DNA of 64,000 bases from Syntrophomonadaceae bacterium (GCA_018333865.1 JAGXSE010000061.1:25458-89457); one strand, 5' to 3'; counted from the first letter of the stretch, positions 1 through 10,128 are shown. Program-made: numbers and translations. Notes: generated from the sequence alone by a model not told the origin.

Positions 1-1071
1 GACCATTTCCACCAATTTTTGCTTGTCTCCCCGACGCGGCACCCGGATGTAAACTCGCCCTCCCCGCTTTTTAAAAAGCCACTCTTCTAACACCTCCTGG
101 TCCTCTACTTCTGCATCCAGGAGGATCTCCCCGGGCACCAAGTCTACCCGGGCATAATACTGCTGGACAAAAGCGGTCATCACCTGTTCCCGGCTTAAAC
201 CCTCGGTCCCGGTTAAGAAATAATGCTCCCGGCCAACGACCTTGCCGCCACGGACGAAAAACACCTGGCCACAGGCCAGGCTGCCTTCCCGGGCCACTGC
301 GGCCACGTCCTGGTCCTCCAGCCCGGTGGAAACCATCTTTTGGCCGGCCAGCACGTCCTCCACCGCCCTGATCTGATCCCGCAGGCGGGCAGCCTCCTCA
401 AACCGGAGGTTTTCGGCAGCCTCCTGCATCCGCTGGTAAAGCCGGGCCAGCAGGTCGTCTCCTTTGCCTTCCAGAAAGAGCAGTACCTCTTTGACCACAC
501 CGGCATATGCCTCCCTGCCAATCCGGCCCTGGCAGGGCGCGGGACAGCGGCTGATATGGGCGTTCAAGCAAAGCTTTCCCTGTTCCAGGACGTGGTCGCT
601 GCAGGTCCTTAAGGGAAATATCCGCCGCAGCAGTTTCAGGGTTTCATTGACAGCCCCGGCCCTGGTATAGGGTCCGAAATACCTGGCGCCGTCCTTGGCG
701 GCAGAACGGGTGACTGTAATCCGGGGGAAGGGGTGTTGCAGATCGATTTTTAAATAGGGATAGGTCTTGTCGTCTTTCAGGTTGACGTTATACTTGGGCC
801 GATGCTCCTTGATCAGGTTGTTTTCCAGAATCAAGGCTTCCACGGGGGAATCTGTGACGATATACTCCAGATCCGCCACATGCTGCACCAGAGCCTGCAC
901 CTTGGGGGCCTGGCGGTGGACGGAGCGGAAATAGGTCCGCACCCGGTTCCGCAAGGAGGCGGCTTTGCCCACATATAAGACCCGGCCCCGGCTGTCCCGC
1001 ATCAGGTAAACACCCGGCCTGTCAGGGAGCAGGCCCAGTTTTTCTTCCACCAGCTGGCTTAGTTCCACCAT
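1..1071 (-). CDS. uvrC: Excinuclease ABC subunit C, N-terminal 357 codons (gene continues past the left window edge)
   Basis: My own minus-strand translation from ATG 1071..1069 gives MVELSQLVEEKLGLLPDRPGVYLMRDSRGRVLYVGKAASLRNRVRTYF...ILENNLIKEHRPKYN (GIY-YIG) and ...FEEAARLRDQI (UVR motif). AGGAG lies 6 nt upstream. The ORF track misses it because the frame is open at the edge. Confidence 0.9.
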   Translation of the reverse strand, partial: MVELSQLVEEKLGLLPDRPGVYLMRDSRGRVLYVGKAASLRNRVRTYFRSVHRQAPKVQALVQHVADLEYIVTDSPVEALILENNLIKEHRPKYNVNLKDDKTYPYLKIDLQHPFPRITVTRSAAKDGARYFGPYTRAGAVNETLKLLRRIFPLRTCSDHVLEQGKLCLNAHISRCPAPCQGRIGREAYAGVVKEVLLFLEGKGDDLLARLYQRMQEAAENLRFEEAARLRDQIRAVEDVLAGQKMVSTGLEDQDVAAVAREGSLACGQVFFVRGGKVVGREHYFLTGTEGLSREQVMTAFVQQYYARVDLVPGEILLDAEVEDQEVLEEWLFKKRGGRVYIRVPRRGDKQKLVEMV

Positions 1072-1085
1072 TTTTTTCTCCTATC

Positions 1086-3938
1086 CTACGCCATCACATC
1101 CAGAATACCCCGCTGGCTCCTGGCCAAAACCGGCTGCAAAAACCTGCCGGTATGGGAGGCTTCCACCAGGGCCACCTCCTCGGGAGTGCCGGTCGCAACC
1201 ACCAGGCCGCCCCGGTTTCCCCCTTCCGGTCCCAAGTCAATCAGATAGTCCGCCAACTTGATCACATCCATGTTGTGCTCAATAACCAGGACCGTGTCGC
1301 CGTTATCCACCAGCCGCTGCAGGATGCGCAATAACCGGTGCACATCCGCCATGTGCAGTCCGGTAGTCGGTTCGTCCAAAATATACAAGGTCCTCCCGTT
1401 GGTACGGCGGGAAAGTTCAGTTGCCAGCTTCACCCGCTGGGCCTCTCCCCCCGACAGGGTAGTGGCAGGCTGACCCAGCCGCATATATCCCAACCCCACA
1501 TCCTGCAAGGTTAGCAGGCGGCGATAAATCCTGGGGATAGGCTGAAAAAACTCGGCGGCCTCGTCAATGGTCATCTCCAAGACCTGGGAAATGTTCTTCC
1601 CTTTATATTTTACCTCCAGGGTTTCGCGGCTGTAGCGCTGTCCCCTGCAGACTTCGCAAGGCACATAGACATCGGGCAAAAAGTGCATTTCTATCTTGAT
1701 GATCCCGTCTCCCCGGCAGGCCTCACACCGGCCCCCCTTGACATTGAAGCTGAACCGTCCGGGCTGGTAACCCCGGGCTCTGGCATCGGGCACTTGGGCG
1801 AAAACAGAACGGATGTCATCGAAGACCCCGGTGTAGGTGGCAGGGTTGGATCTAGGGGTCCTGCCGATGGGGGACTGGTCCACCTCGATCACCTTGTCCA
1901 GATACTCGATGCCCATCACTCTTTCATGGTCGCCAGGCTTGGCTTTGGCCCCCTGCAGTTCGCCGGCTAAACGCTTATATAAAATCTCATTGACCAGGGT
2001 GCTCTTGCCGGAGCCCGAAACCCCGGTTACCGCCACAAACAGGCCCAGGGGAATCCTGACTGTCAGGTCTTGCAAATTATGTTCCTTGGCCCCTTGCACC
2101 TCCAGCCACTTGCCATTGCCGGGCCGCCGACTGACGGGCACCGGGATCTGCCTCTGGCCGCTCAGGTACTGTCCGGTAAGAGAATCAGGGCAAGCCATAA
2201 TCTCCTCCAGCTGGCCGCAAGCCACCACCTGGCCGCCCTGGGCACCAGCTCCCGGGCCAATATCGATAATATGGTCGGCTGCCAGAATGGTTTCCTCGTC
2301 GTGCTCTACCACCAGCACCGTATTCCCCAAATCCCGCAGGTTTTTCAAAGTGGCGATCAGGCGGGCGTTGTCCCGCTGGTGCAGCCCAATGCTGGGCTCA
2401 TCCAGGATATACAAGACCCCGACCAGGCTGGAACCAATCTGGGTCGCCAGGCGGATCCGCTGGGCCTCGCCCCCGGACAGGGTGCCGGCAGACCGGCTTA
2501 AGGTCAGGTAATCCAGCCCTACATCCACCAGGAAACCCAGACGGGCCTGTACTTCTTTCAGGATCTGGCGGGCGATGAGCATCTCCCGGGAAGTCAATTC
2601 AAGGGAGGCAAAGAACTGCCTGGCCTCCCCTACGGACAGGCCAGTCACCTGGTGAATGTTCTTGTCCCCTATCAGCACCGCCAGACTCTCCGGCTTCAGC
2701 CTGGCCCCGTTGCACTGGGGACAGGAGCGGGCGCTCATGTAGGCTTGAATCTCCTCCCGGGCGGCATCCGACTGGGACTCCCGGTAACGGCGGGCCAAGT
2801 AAGGGATGACCCCCTCAAATACTGCCTGGTACGTATGGGGATGTCCTGCTGCCGTTACATGGCGGATGGTAATCTTTTCCTGCCCGGTGCCGTACAGGAG
2901 TATATTGAGGTGCTCGGGCTGCAGCCGGCTCACCGGGGTATTAAGGTCGAAGCCCAGGTGCTCGCTTAAAGACCGCAGCAGCAGGCCGTAGTACATACCG
3001 GCACTTTTAGACCAGGGAGCAATCGCTCCCTGGTTCAAAGACAAACACCGGTCCGGGATTACCAGGTCCGGGTCAACCTCCAGTTTGAACCCCAGACCGG
3101 TACACTCCGGACAGGCGCCATACGGGCTGTTGAAAGAAAACATCCGGGGGGTGATTTCCGGCAGGCTGATGCCGCAATCAACGCAGGCAAAGTTCTGGCT
3201 GAAGACCAGTTCTTGCTGGTCCATCACATCGATCATCACCAGTCCTCCGCCTAAAGCCAGGGCGGCTTCCAAAGAGTCTGCCAGCCGCTTTTCCATCCCT
3301 TCCCGGACCACAATCCGGTCAACCACCACTTCGATAGTATGTTTTTTGTTTTTATCCAGGTTGATTTCCTCGGCCAGCTCCATCACCTGGCTGTTCACCC
3401 GCACCCGGGCATAGCCCTGCCGGCGGACTTCCGCCAAAAGCTTTTGGTGCTCTCCCTTCCGGCCCCGGACCAGGGGAGCCAGAATTTGCAGCCGGGTCTT
3501 TTCCGGCAGGGCTGCCAGTTGATCCACCATTTGGGATACGGTCTGCTGGGTGATCGGTAAACCACAACTGGGGCAATGGGCCCGCCCAACCCTGGCAAAC
3601 AACAGGCGCAGGTAGTCATATACTTCCGTCACCGTTCCAACGGTGGAACGGGGATTGCGGCTGGTGGTCTTCTGGTCAATAGAAATAGCCGGGCTCAAGC
3701 CTTCGATGTAGTCTACATCCGGCTTGTCCATTTGGCCCAAAAACTGCCGGGCATAGGCCGACAGGGATTCCACATAGCGGCGCTGCCCCTCGGCATAGAT
3801 GGTGTCGAAAGCCAGGGAAGACTTGCCGGAACCGGATAACCCGGTCAGAATTACCAGCCGATCCCTGGGGATCTCCACATCTATGTTTTTCAGGTTATGC
3901 ATCCGGGCCCCTTTGACGATGATTTTATCTTTAGCCAT
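1086..3938 (-). CDS. uvrA: Excinuclease ABC subunit A
   Basis: 950 aa with two ABC ATPase modules ([20 protein letters not shown], two LSGGEAQR signatures) and Zn-finger CxxC pairs. I place the start at [16 protein letters not shown] (ATG 3938), preceded by GGAGG with a 5-nt spacer. The longer track ORF (to 4046) has no RBS. Confidence 0.95.
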   Translation of the reverse strand: MAKDKIIVKGARMHNLKNIDVEIPRDRLVILTGLSGSGKSSLAFDTIYAEGQRRYVESLSAYARQFLGQMDKPDVDYIEGLSPAISIDQKTTSRNPRSTVGTVTEVYDYLRLLFARVGRAHCPSCGLPITQQTVSQMVDQLAALPEKTRLQILAPLVRGRKGEHQKLLAEVRRQGYARVRVNSQVMELAEEINLDKNKKHTIEVVVDRIVVREGMEKRLADSLEAALALGGGLVMIDVMDQQELVFSQNFACVDCGISLPEITPRMFSFNSPYGACPECTGLGFKLEVDPDLVIPDRCLSLNQGAIAPWSKSAGMYYGLLLRSLSEHLGFDLNTPVSRLQPEHLNILLYGTGQEKITIRHVTAAGHPHTYQAVFEGVIPYLARRYRESQSDAAREEIQAYMSARSCPQCNGARLKPESLAVLIGDKNIHQVTGLSVGEARQFFASLELTSREMLIARQILKEVQARLGFLVDVGLDYLTLSRSAGTLSGGEAQRIRLATQIGSSLVGVLYILDEPSIGLHQRDNARLIATLKNLRDLGNTVLVVEHDEETILAADHIIDIGPGAGAQGGQVVACGQLEEIMACPDSLTGQYLSGQRQIPVPVSRRPGNGKWLEVQGAKEHNLQDLTVRIPLGLFVAVTGVSGSGKSTLVNEILYKRLAGELQGAKAKPGDHERVMGIEYLDKVIEVDQSPIGRTPRSNPATYTGVFDDIRSVFAQVPDARARGYQPGRFSFNVKGGRCEACRGDGIIKIEMHFLPDVYVPCEVCRGQRYSRETLEVKYKGKNISQVLEMTIDEAAEFFQPIPRIYRRLLTLQDVGLGYMRLGQPATTLSGGEAQRVKLATELSRRTNGRTLYILDEPTTGLHMADVHRLLRILQRLVDNGDTVLVIEHNMDVIKLADYLIDLGPEGGNRGGLVVATGTPEEVALVEASHTGRFLQPVLARSQRGILDVMA

Positions 3939-4023
3939 GGATTCCTCCAAATTGTTCTCCAACACCAGCTCCTGACGAAGCCGCCGGGTTTTTAATCCTT
4001 TAATATCGTCCGCTCTATTATAA

Positions 4024-4052
4024 CAAAAAACAGCCGGGATAGACACCGGCTG
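4024..4052 (-). terminator. Intrinsic terminator downstream of the HtrA-like gene
   Basis: On the minus strand, CAGCCGG-tgtctatc-CCGGCTG is followed by T6-7. A TATAAT box (4017..4022, minus) follows directly, ahead of uvrA. Confidence 0.75.
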
Positions 4053-4107
4053 GATAGAGGGTTTCGCCCGCCCTATTTAAACCCCCGGGCAAGGACCTAT
4101 TTCCCAA

Positions 4108-5280
4108 TTACCTGGGCTGGCTTCTCTCTTCGATTACTACGGTAAAAAACCTGGTTGATTTATCGCGATGCACTAAAAGGACAACCTTTCCGCCAATCGG
4201 CGCGCTCCGGATCGCCTTGATCAGCTGATCGGTGTTTTTCAGCTTAATGCCGTCAATCTCCAGTACCACATCGCCCCGGCGCAGCCCGGCCTTGTGAGCA
4301 GGACCCCCCTGCACCACATCGGCAATCAGGACACCTTCCGGGGTCTTCAAGCCAAAGTGTTCCGCCAGCTGCGGAGTAACCTCCTGCAGCAAGACCCCCA
4401 TCCAGGGACGGATAACCTTGCCTTTTTCAATCAGATCTCTCAGTACATTTTTAACGGTGCTGGCAGGGATGGCAAACCCAATCCCCTGGGCCTGGGCGTT
4501 CATGGCGTTGTTGATCCCGATCACTTCGCCCTTCAGGTTCAAGAGCGGGCCGCCGCTGTTGCCCGGGTTGATGGAGGCATCGGTCTGCAGGAGGTCTTCA
4601 AACCTGCGGTCCTCCACTGTAATTCTCCGCCCCTTGTAGCTGATCACCCCTACTGTTACAGTGTGATCCATTCCATAGGGATTGCCGATGGCCACAACCC
4701 AGTCTCCCACCCGCACTTCATCCACATTCCCCAGAGTCAAGGCCGGCAGGTTTTTGGCATCTATTTTCAGGACTGCTAAATCCAGGTCATAGTCTGACCC
4801 GATCAGCCTGGCCTCATGGACCTCTTCACTTCCTACCATTCTCACTTCAATCCGGGTGGCCCCTTGCACCACATGCTGGTTAGTCAGGATATAGCCGTCC
4901 TGAGAAATGATAAAGCCTGAACCCATGCCCTGCCGGACCTGGGGTCCGGGGGAAAAGGGAGTTTCGCCAAAAAACTGCCGGAAAAAGGGGTCGTTAGAGA
5001 AAGGGTCTTGCTGCCTGCGCCTGGTTTCCACAACGGTATCGATGGTTACAACGGCAGGACCAACCCTTTCCACCAGATCCGCAATGGCGTTTGGGCCCAA
5101 TCCTGGCGGGCTTTCAGGCTGCATAAAAGCAACGGGTGCAGCTGGAACCGGCACCTGACTGCCAGGAGAAGCGGCAGCGGGAAAACCATTTAAATACAAT
5201 ATCCATCCCGATGCTGCCAGGCCAAGTGTAAAGGCAACTACTAAAGCAGCAACAAAATTAATTTTTAACCTCTTATCCAC
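4108..5280 (-). CDS. htrA: HtrA/DegP-family membrane-anchored serine protease with C-terminal PDZ
   Basis: N-terminal TM helix. Trypsin-like triad context (TNQHVV, DLAVLK, GNSGGPLLN) and a PDZ domain (GLRRGDVVLEIDG). GTG start with AGGAGG upstream. Confidence 0.9.
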   Translation of the reverse strand: MDKRLKINFVAALVVAFTLGLAASGWILYLNGFPAAASPGSQVPVPAAPVAFMQPESPPGLGPNAIADLVERVGPAVVTIDTVVETRRRQQDPFSNDPFFRQFFGETPFSPGPQVRQGMGSGFIISQDGYILTNQHVVQGATRIEVRMVGSEEVHEARLIGSDYDLDLAVLKIDAKNLPALTLGNVDEVRVGDWVVAIGNPYGMDHTVTVGVISYKGRRITVEDRRFEDLLQTDASINPGNSGGPLLNLKGEVIGINNAMNAQAQGIGFAIPASTVKNVLRDLIEKGKVIRPWMGVLLQEVTPQLAEHFGLKTPEGVLIADVVQGGPAHKAGLRRGDVVLEIDGIKLKNTDQLIKAIRSAPIGGKVVLLVHRDKSTRFFTVVIEERSQPR

Positions 5281-5405
5281 TTCTGCTACCTCCTAACAAG
5301 AAAATCTCTTTTTTAGAATTATAACCCTTATATTATATTCGTAACAAGATATATTTTTTGGTATGGAGTCAGTTAAAAGTATACAAAAAACAAGCAGAAA
5401 ACAAC

Positions 5406-5433
5406 TGTACAAAGAATGTTTGAATGTATACAA
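5406..5433 (+). promoter_or_regulatory. Candidate sigma-A promoter (TGTACA-16-TACAAT) overlapped by GTATAC palindromes
   Basis: The hexamers sit about 30 nt upstream of the ATG at 5466. GTATAC occurs at 5379..5384 and 5426..5431, and TGTACA at 5406..5411. These fit the generic GntR-type GT-N-AC operator pattern. Confidence 0.35.
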
Positions 5434-5465
5434 TAGTACCTAAATACATTTCAGGGGTGAGGATA

Positions 5466-6596
5466 ATGGCAGCAGGGTTTAATTCAGGCCAGGAGATTTA
5501 TCTGGTTGATACCACGTTGCGAGACGGCGAACAGACCGCCGGTGTTGTTTTTGCTAACAGGGAAAAGGTAACTATTGCCAAGATGCTGGCGGACCTGGGG
5601 GTTGACCAGATTGAGGCAGGCATCCCTGTCATGGGGGGCGATGAGAAGGAAACGGTGAAAGCCATTGTCAAGGCCAATTTAAAGCCCAGCATTATGGCCT
5701 GGAACCGGGCGGTCATTTCTGACCTGGAGGCCTCCCTGGACTGTGGGGTCGATGCTGTTGCGATCTCGATTTCCACCTCTGACATCCATATCAAATACAA
5801 GCTCCAATCCAGCCGCGAGCGGGTGTTGGAACAGATGGTCAAGGCGGTTGAATTCGCCAGAAAACACGGTGTCTACATATCGGTGAACGCGGAGGATGCC
5901 TCCAGATCTGATCCGGAATTTCTAGTCTTATTTGCCCGCACCGCCAAAGAGGCTGGCGCCGATCGCCTCCGTTACTGTGATACCGTAGGTGTCCTGGATC
6001 CTTTTTCAACTTACGAGAAAGTGCGCAGCCTGTTAGACCAGGTAGCCATAGACATGGAAATGCACAGCCATAACGATTTTGGCATGGCTACCGCCAATAC
6101 CTTAGCCGGGATTAAGGCCGGAGCCAGATTTGCCGGTGTTACTGTTAACGGCTTAGGAGAACGGGCAGGCAACGCTGCTCTGGAAGAGGTGGCTATGGCC
6201 CTGAAGCATGTCCTTGATTATCCCTTAAATCTCAACACCAAAGGTTTTCTGGAATTATCCGAATACGTGGCCAAAGCCTCGGACCGTCAGCTGCCTGTAA
6301 GCAAGCCAATAGTCGGCAAGAACATGTTTGCCCATGAATCCGGCATTCACGCCGACGGCGCCTACAAAAACCCCCGGACCTACGAAGCCTTTGAACCCGA
6401 GGAGGTTGGACTGATCCGGCAAATAATTATCGGCAAGCACTCCGGGACTACCTCAATCATTAAAAAATTCCAGGAGTTTGGCATCACAGTCAACCAGGAA
6501 CAGGGCGCTATCCTTTTGGAAAAAGTTCGCAAGCTGGCGGTTGAACTTAAACGCCCCTTGTTTGACAAGGAACTGGTCCAGCTTTTCCATGAATAA
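5466..6596 (+). CDS. Homocitrate synthase / 2-isopropylmalate synthase family enzyme, short form without a LeuA regulatory domain (candidate Re-citrate synthase)
   Basis: DRE-TIM fold signature LVDTTLRDGEQ, plus HSHNDFGMATANTLAG and HESGIH. I place the start at MAAGFNSG (ATG 5466), preceded by GGGGTGAGG. Confidence 0.85.
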   Translation: MAAGFNSGQEIYLVDTTLRDGEQTAGVVFANREKVTIAKMLADLGVDQIEAGIPVMGGDEKETVKAIVKANLKPSIMAWNRAVISDLEASLDCGVDAVAISISTSDIHIKYKLQSSRERVLEQMVKAVEFARKHGVYISVNAEDASRSDPEFLVLFARTAKEAGADRLRYCDTVGVLDPFSTYEKVRSLLDQVAIDMEMHSHNDFGMATANTLAGIKAGARFAGVTVNGLGERAGNAALEEVAMALKHVLDYPLNLNTKGFLELSEYVAKASDRQLPVSKPIVGKNMFAHESGIHADGAYKNPRTYEAFEPEEVGLIRQIIIGKHSGTTSIIKKFQEFGITVNQEQGAILLEKVRKLAVELKRPLFDKELVQLFHE

Positions 6597-6619
6597 GGGA
6601 AAAAAGGAGGGTTGCTGGC

Positions 6620-7699
6620 ATGAATACTCGCCAGAAAGAAAGGGGAAGTCGGATGTATACCATTACCTTGATCCCCGGAGATGGGATCGGCCCCGAGGTA
6701 ACAGCTGCCGCAACTGAAGTGTTAGCTGCAGCCGGTGTGCCGATCAAATGGGAAACAGCACAGATAGGAGAAAGCGCATTAAGAGATTATGGCTCCCCTT
6801 TGCCTGAGGAAGCCCTGTTGTCCGTTAAGAAAAACAAAGTCGCCCTGAAGGGTCCGGTTACAACCCCGGTTGGCAAGGGCTTCCCCAGTGTAAATGTCGC
6901 CTTGCGCAAAACTTTGGGCTTGTACGCGAATTTACGCCCTGTCAAAAGTATCCCCGGGGTGCCGTCAGTATTCAAAGACATTGACCTGGTGGTGGTAAGA
7001 GAAAACACCGAGGACCTTTACGCAGGGATTGAGCATGCCATCGGTAATTATGCGGCGGAAAGCATCAAACTGATTACCAGGGATGCCACCCTGCGGATTG
7101 CTGACTTTGCCTTCAATTATGCCAAGGAACACGGCCGGAATCAGGTTACTATCGTCCACAAGGCAAATATCCTTAAACTGAGTGACGGACTTTTTCTAAA
7201 TACCTGCCGGGAGACTGCCGCTCAATATCCTCACATCGGCTGCAACGACGCTATTATCGATGCCCTGTGCATGAACCTGGTGATCGCTCCCCAGAAGTAT
7301 GACGTGCTGCTTCTGCCTAACCTTTACGGAGACATTGTCTCCGACCTCTGTGCCGGGCTGGTTGGAGGTTTAGGCCTGGCGCCCGGCGCCAATATCGGGA
7401 CAGAAGGGGCGGTTTTCGAGCCAGTCCACGGCAGTGCCCCGGACATTGCCGGAAAAGGATTGGCCAATCCTGTTGCCCAGATTCTTTCAGCCACCATGCT
7501 GCTGGACTACCTGGGAGAGGAGAAAGCAGCCTCCAGCATCCGCCGTGCTGTCTATTATATGATTGAACAGAAAATTGCCCTGACCCGGGATCTGGGGGGA
7601 ACAGCGACAACTGAAGAGTTTACCGGAAATCTTTGCAGTATTCTTTCGGGCAATAGTAATCTACACCCTAAGGAGCTTGTTTTTAGTCCTGAGTTATAA
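6620..7699 (+). CDS. Isocitrate/homoisocitrate (isopropylmalate) dehydrogenase family, NAD-type short form
   Basis: ITLIPGDGIGPEV, LKGPVTTP, NLRP and NLYGDIVSDL motifs. AAGGAGG lies 9 nt before ATG 6620. An alternative start at 6653 gives MYTITLIPGDG. Confidence 0.85.
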   Translation: MNTRQKERGSRMYTITLIPGDGIGPEVTAAATEVLAAAGVPIKWETAQIGESALRDYGSPLPEEALLSVKKNKVALKGPVTTPVGKGFPSVNVALRKTLGLYANLRPVKSIPGVPSVFKDIDLVVVRENTEDLYAGIEHAIGNYAAESIKLITRDATLRIADFAFNYAKEHGRNQVTIVHKANILKLSDGLFLNTCRETAAQYPHIGCNDAIIDALCMNLVIAPQKYDVLLLPNLYGDIVSDLCAGLVGGLGLAPGANIGTEGAVFEPVHGSAPDIAGKGLANPVAQILSATMLLDYLGEEKAASSIRRAVYYMIEQKIALTRDLGGTATTEEFTGNLCSILSGNSNLHPKELVFSPEL

Positions 7700-7745
7700 T
7701 ACAATAGGCCTGGCAGAAGTTCTCTCCCTGGGAGGAATGAGCAGG

Positions 7746-8426
7746 ATGACCAAGGATTTTGAATTGTCTTCCCATGAGGTCTCTCTTCGCGCCAGGGTAT
7801 TCAAATACATTAAAGCCCAGATCATCACCGGGGTTTACCAGCCGGGGGAAAGTTTAGTGGAAGCTAAGCTGGCTGAAGAGTTAAAGGTCAGCCGTACTCC
7901 AATCCGGGAAGCCATTCGCCTCCTGGAGCTGGAAGGCCTGGTGGAAACCACTCACCATAAAGGGGCGGTGGTCTTGGGGATTTCCGCTAAAGATGTGGAA
8001 GACATCTTTGCCATCCGCTCGATGGTGGAAGGGCTGGCTGCCCGCTGGGCGGCGCAGAACATAGAAGAAGAGCAAATTAAAGAAATGGAAAAACTGGTCG
8101 ACTTGATGGAGTTTTATGCCCAAAAAAACGATATCAACGAGTTGGCAGAACTGGACCACAAGTTCCACGAAGTAATTTTCGAGGCCTCCGGCAGCAAAAT
8201 ATTAAATCTTACTCTCAGCAACTTACACCAGTATGTGCAATTGGCCCGCCTGGAATCCTTGAAGTTCCCAATGCGGCCTCCTCAGACCTTGAAGGAACAC
8301 CGGGCTGTTTTGCAAGCTTTCAAGGAGAAAAACCCCGAAGCCGCTGAAGACTTGTTGACTAAACATGTGCGAAACGCTTACCTGAACCTGAAAAAATTTC
8401 GTGGCAACCCCAAACCGGGCGGATAA
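7746..8426 (+). CDS. GntR-family transcriptional regulator (FCD/FadR-like C-terminal domain)
   Basis: Winged HTH (ESLVEAKLAEELKVSRTPIREAIRLLELEGLV) followed by an all-helical C-terminal domain. The start is uncertain (7737 or 7746), and the gene overlaps the end of the dehydrogenase gene. Confidence 0.85.
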   Translation: MTKDFELSSHEVSLRARVFKYIKAQIITGVYQPGESLVEAKLAEELKVSRTPIREAIRLLELEGLVETTHHKGAVVLGISAKDVEDIFAIRSMVEGLAARWAAQNIEEEQIKEMEKLVDLMEFYAQKNDINELAELDHKFHEVIFEASGSKILNLTLSNLHQYVQLARLESLKFPMRPPQTLKEHRAVLQAFKEKNPEAAEDLLTKHVRNAYLNLKKFRGNPKPGG

Positions 8427-8451
8427 GACGCTTCTCTGCCGCCCGGTTTTT
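8413..8451 (+). terminator. Intrinsic terminator after the GntR gene
   Basis: AACCGGGCGG ... CCGCCCGGTT stem followed by TTTT. The stem starts inside the last codons of the gene. Confidence 0.65.
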
Positions 8452-8542
8452 AGCAGAGCCCCTTCCAAGTGATACTGGCCGGAACTGTATTGAAACTGTT
8501 TGGCAGTTGCTGCTGATATTTAGAAATAAGTGAGGTTTGCCG

Positions 8543-9967
8543 ATGAATAATAAAGAACAATTTCAATGGACGTTTCATAATCAGGCAAACCCCAGTCTGT
8601 TCAAGCTCTTAAGTTTTGACGACGCTATCGACGACTTAGCGGCTCGTAGTGATCAAATAACAGTTATTACTGAAGGCTGGAAAGAAGGTCCGGTTACGGC
8701 TATTTTGCGCGGCGGTGTGAATGCCCGCTCCGTGCTGGATCTGCTCGCAGGAATAGGTGTAAAGGATCTGAAAATTTTTCACTTGGAAGAGAAAATAGAT
8801 GACCTGGAAGATATATTTTTATCTTCGGTTGTCGCCCCTGCTCATCAAATGTTCGACAGCGTATCAGTAACCTGGAGAAGGGAACCTTCCGTCCACCAGT
8901 TGCTGCAAAATATCGGCAATGAGCATCCGATGCTGTTCTTTGGCTCGCCCTTATCGGTGTCTGAAATTTTGCCTTTCTACCGCAGCATTAAACAGGTATA
9001 CGCCGGCAGCGTCACCATCGTGCGCGGGCCGTTGCAGGATATGGATTTCGACGAAAGCGGCGAAATCTACAAATGGGTCAGGGAGCGAACATTTGAAGCC
9101 AATGATTTTTCACTTCAGTCCGTTCTTCGTAACCAAAAGCGAAAACTCGGCGCTAAAATCGCTGTCATCCTGCCAAGTCTCAACGAGGAAAAAACGGTTG
9201 GCAGGGTAATTAAGACCGCTCTCGATGTCAAAGACATCGGTATTGTCGACGAAGTGATCCTGATTGATTCCGTGTCCACTGACAACACCCGCGAAATTGC
9301 TCTTTCCTATGGCATTCCTGTCTATCAGCATCCGGAAATAGAAAGCGGTCTCGGCGCTTACCGGGGCAAGGGTGAAGCGATGTTTAAGAGCGCTTATACA
9401 ACCGATGCCGACATTATAGCGTGGGTGGATACTGATATCGAAAATATCACACCAAGTTTTTTCTACGGCCTCCTGGGACCCATGCTTACTTATCCCGAGA
9501 TTAAGTTTTCTAAAGGCTACTTTTCTCGTCCGATCCGGGTTGAAGCGTCTGGAATTGAACTTGGCGGCGGCAGGGTTACTGAATTATTGGCCCGTCCTTG
9601 GCTGAATACTTTTATGCCGCAGCTTTCCGGCTACATTCAACCATTGGCAGGCACAGCCGCCATTTACCGCAGCGAATTCATGAAAATGCGCATCCCGGTA
9701 AATTATGGCGTTGAAGTCGCGATGCTGCTGCAAGCTGTCAGCAATATGGGGCTATGGTCAACATGCCAGGTCAATCTGGGTGAGGTCATTCATAAATCCA
9801 AAGACGTTCAGGGACTGAGCGAAATGTCCTATCAAATTCTGCAGGTTTTGGCTGAAATGCAAAACTTGAAGATTAGCAGCGACAATGTATTCCGCCGCGT
9901 CTTTTCTGCCCACGGTAATTTCGAAATCAGTGCCAAACGCTTTCCTGTTGTTTGGCGTACTTTTTAA
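8543..9967 (+). CDS. Glucosyl-3-phosphoglycerate synthase-like GT-A glycosyltransferase with an extra ~170-190 aa N-terminal domain
   Basis: The C-terminal ~290 aa resemble GpgS/GT81 (AVILPSLNEEKTVG, ILIDSVSTDNT, YRGKGEAMF, WVDTDI, GGRVTELLARPWLN). The N-terminal region matched nothing I recognise. ATG 8543 follows GTGAGG. Confidence 0.7.
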   Translation: MNNKEQFQWTFHNQANPSLFKLLSFDDAIDDLAARSDQITVITEGWKEGPVTAILRGGVNARSVLDLLAGIGVKDLKIFHLEEKIDDLEDIFLSSVVAPAHQMFDSVSVTWRREPSVHQLLQNIGNEHPMLFFGSPLSVSEILPFYRSIKQVYAGSVTIVRGPLQDMDFDESGEIYKWVRERTFEANDFSLQSVLRNQKRKLGAKIAVILPSLNEEKTVGRVIKTALDVKDIGIVDEVILIDSVSTDNTREIALSYGIPVYQHPEIESGLGAYRGKGEAMFKSAYTTDADIIAWVDTDIENITPSFFYGLLGPMLTYPEIKFSKGYFSRPIRVEASGIELGGGRVTELLARPWLNTFMPQLSGYIQPLAGTAAIYRSEFMKMRIPVNYGVEVAMLLQAVSNMGLWSTCQVNLGEVIHKSKDVQGLSEMSYQILQVLAEMQNLKISSDNVFRRVFSAHGNFEISAKRFPVVWRTF

Positions 9968-10051
9968 GCTGCAAGGCGTTATCACTGAAGGCAGTCCCCG
10001 ACAAGATCCCGTCTGGAATACGCATTGGTCTACACCCCAATAACAAACATA

Positions 10052-10097
10052 AAAAGCCATCGAATGCTTCAACAATCTAAGCCTTCATGGCTTTATT
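10052..10097 (+). terminator. Imperfect hairpin downstream of the GpgS-like gene
   Basis: AAAGCCATCGAATGCTT ... AAGCCTTCATGGCTTT followed by ATTT. Confidence 0.45.
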
Positions 10098-10128
10098 TGG
10101 TTGCCCGTTTTTAATTGTTCTTCCCTTA

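Noticed and set aside
1837-2511. Long antisense ORFs inside real genes (for example 1837..2511, 37702..38319, 40626..41390, 42858..43640, 48564..49520, 62370..63044)
   Set aside because: Each lies fully within a well-supported gene on the opposite strand. The translations are low-complexity (Pro/Arg/Gly/Ser-rich) and lack RBSs. These are shadow ORFs typical of GC3-rich coding DNA.
3939-4046. N-terminal extensions proposed by the longest-ORF track (uvrA to 4046, synthase from 5424, GGDEF to 21717, ftsE to 31959, tkt-N to 33920, ferredoxin to 35692, csp to 55434, desulfurase from 58618)
   Set aside because: In each case an internal start with a proper SD gives the canonical family N-terminus, and the extension lacks an RBS.
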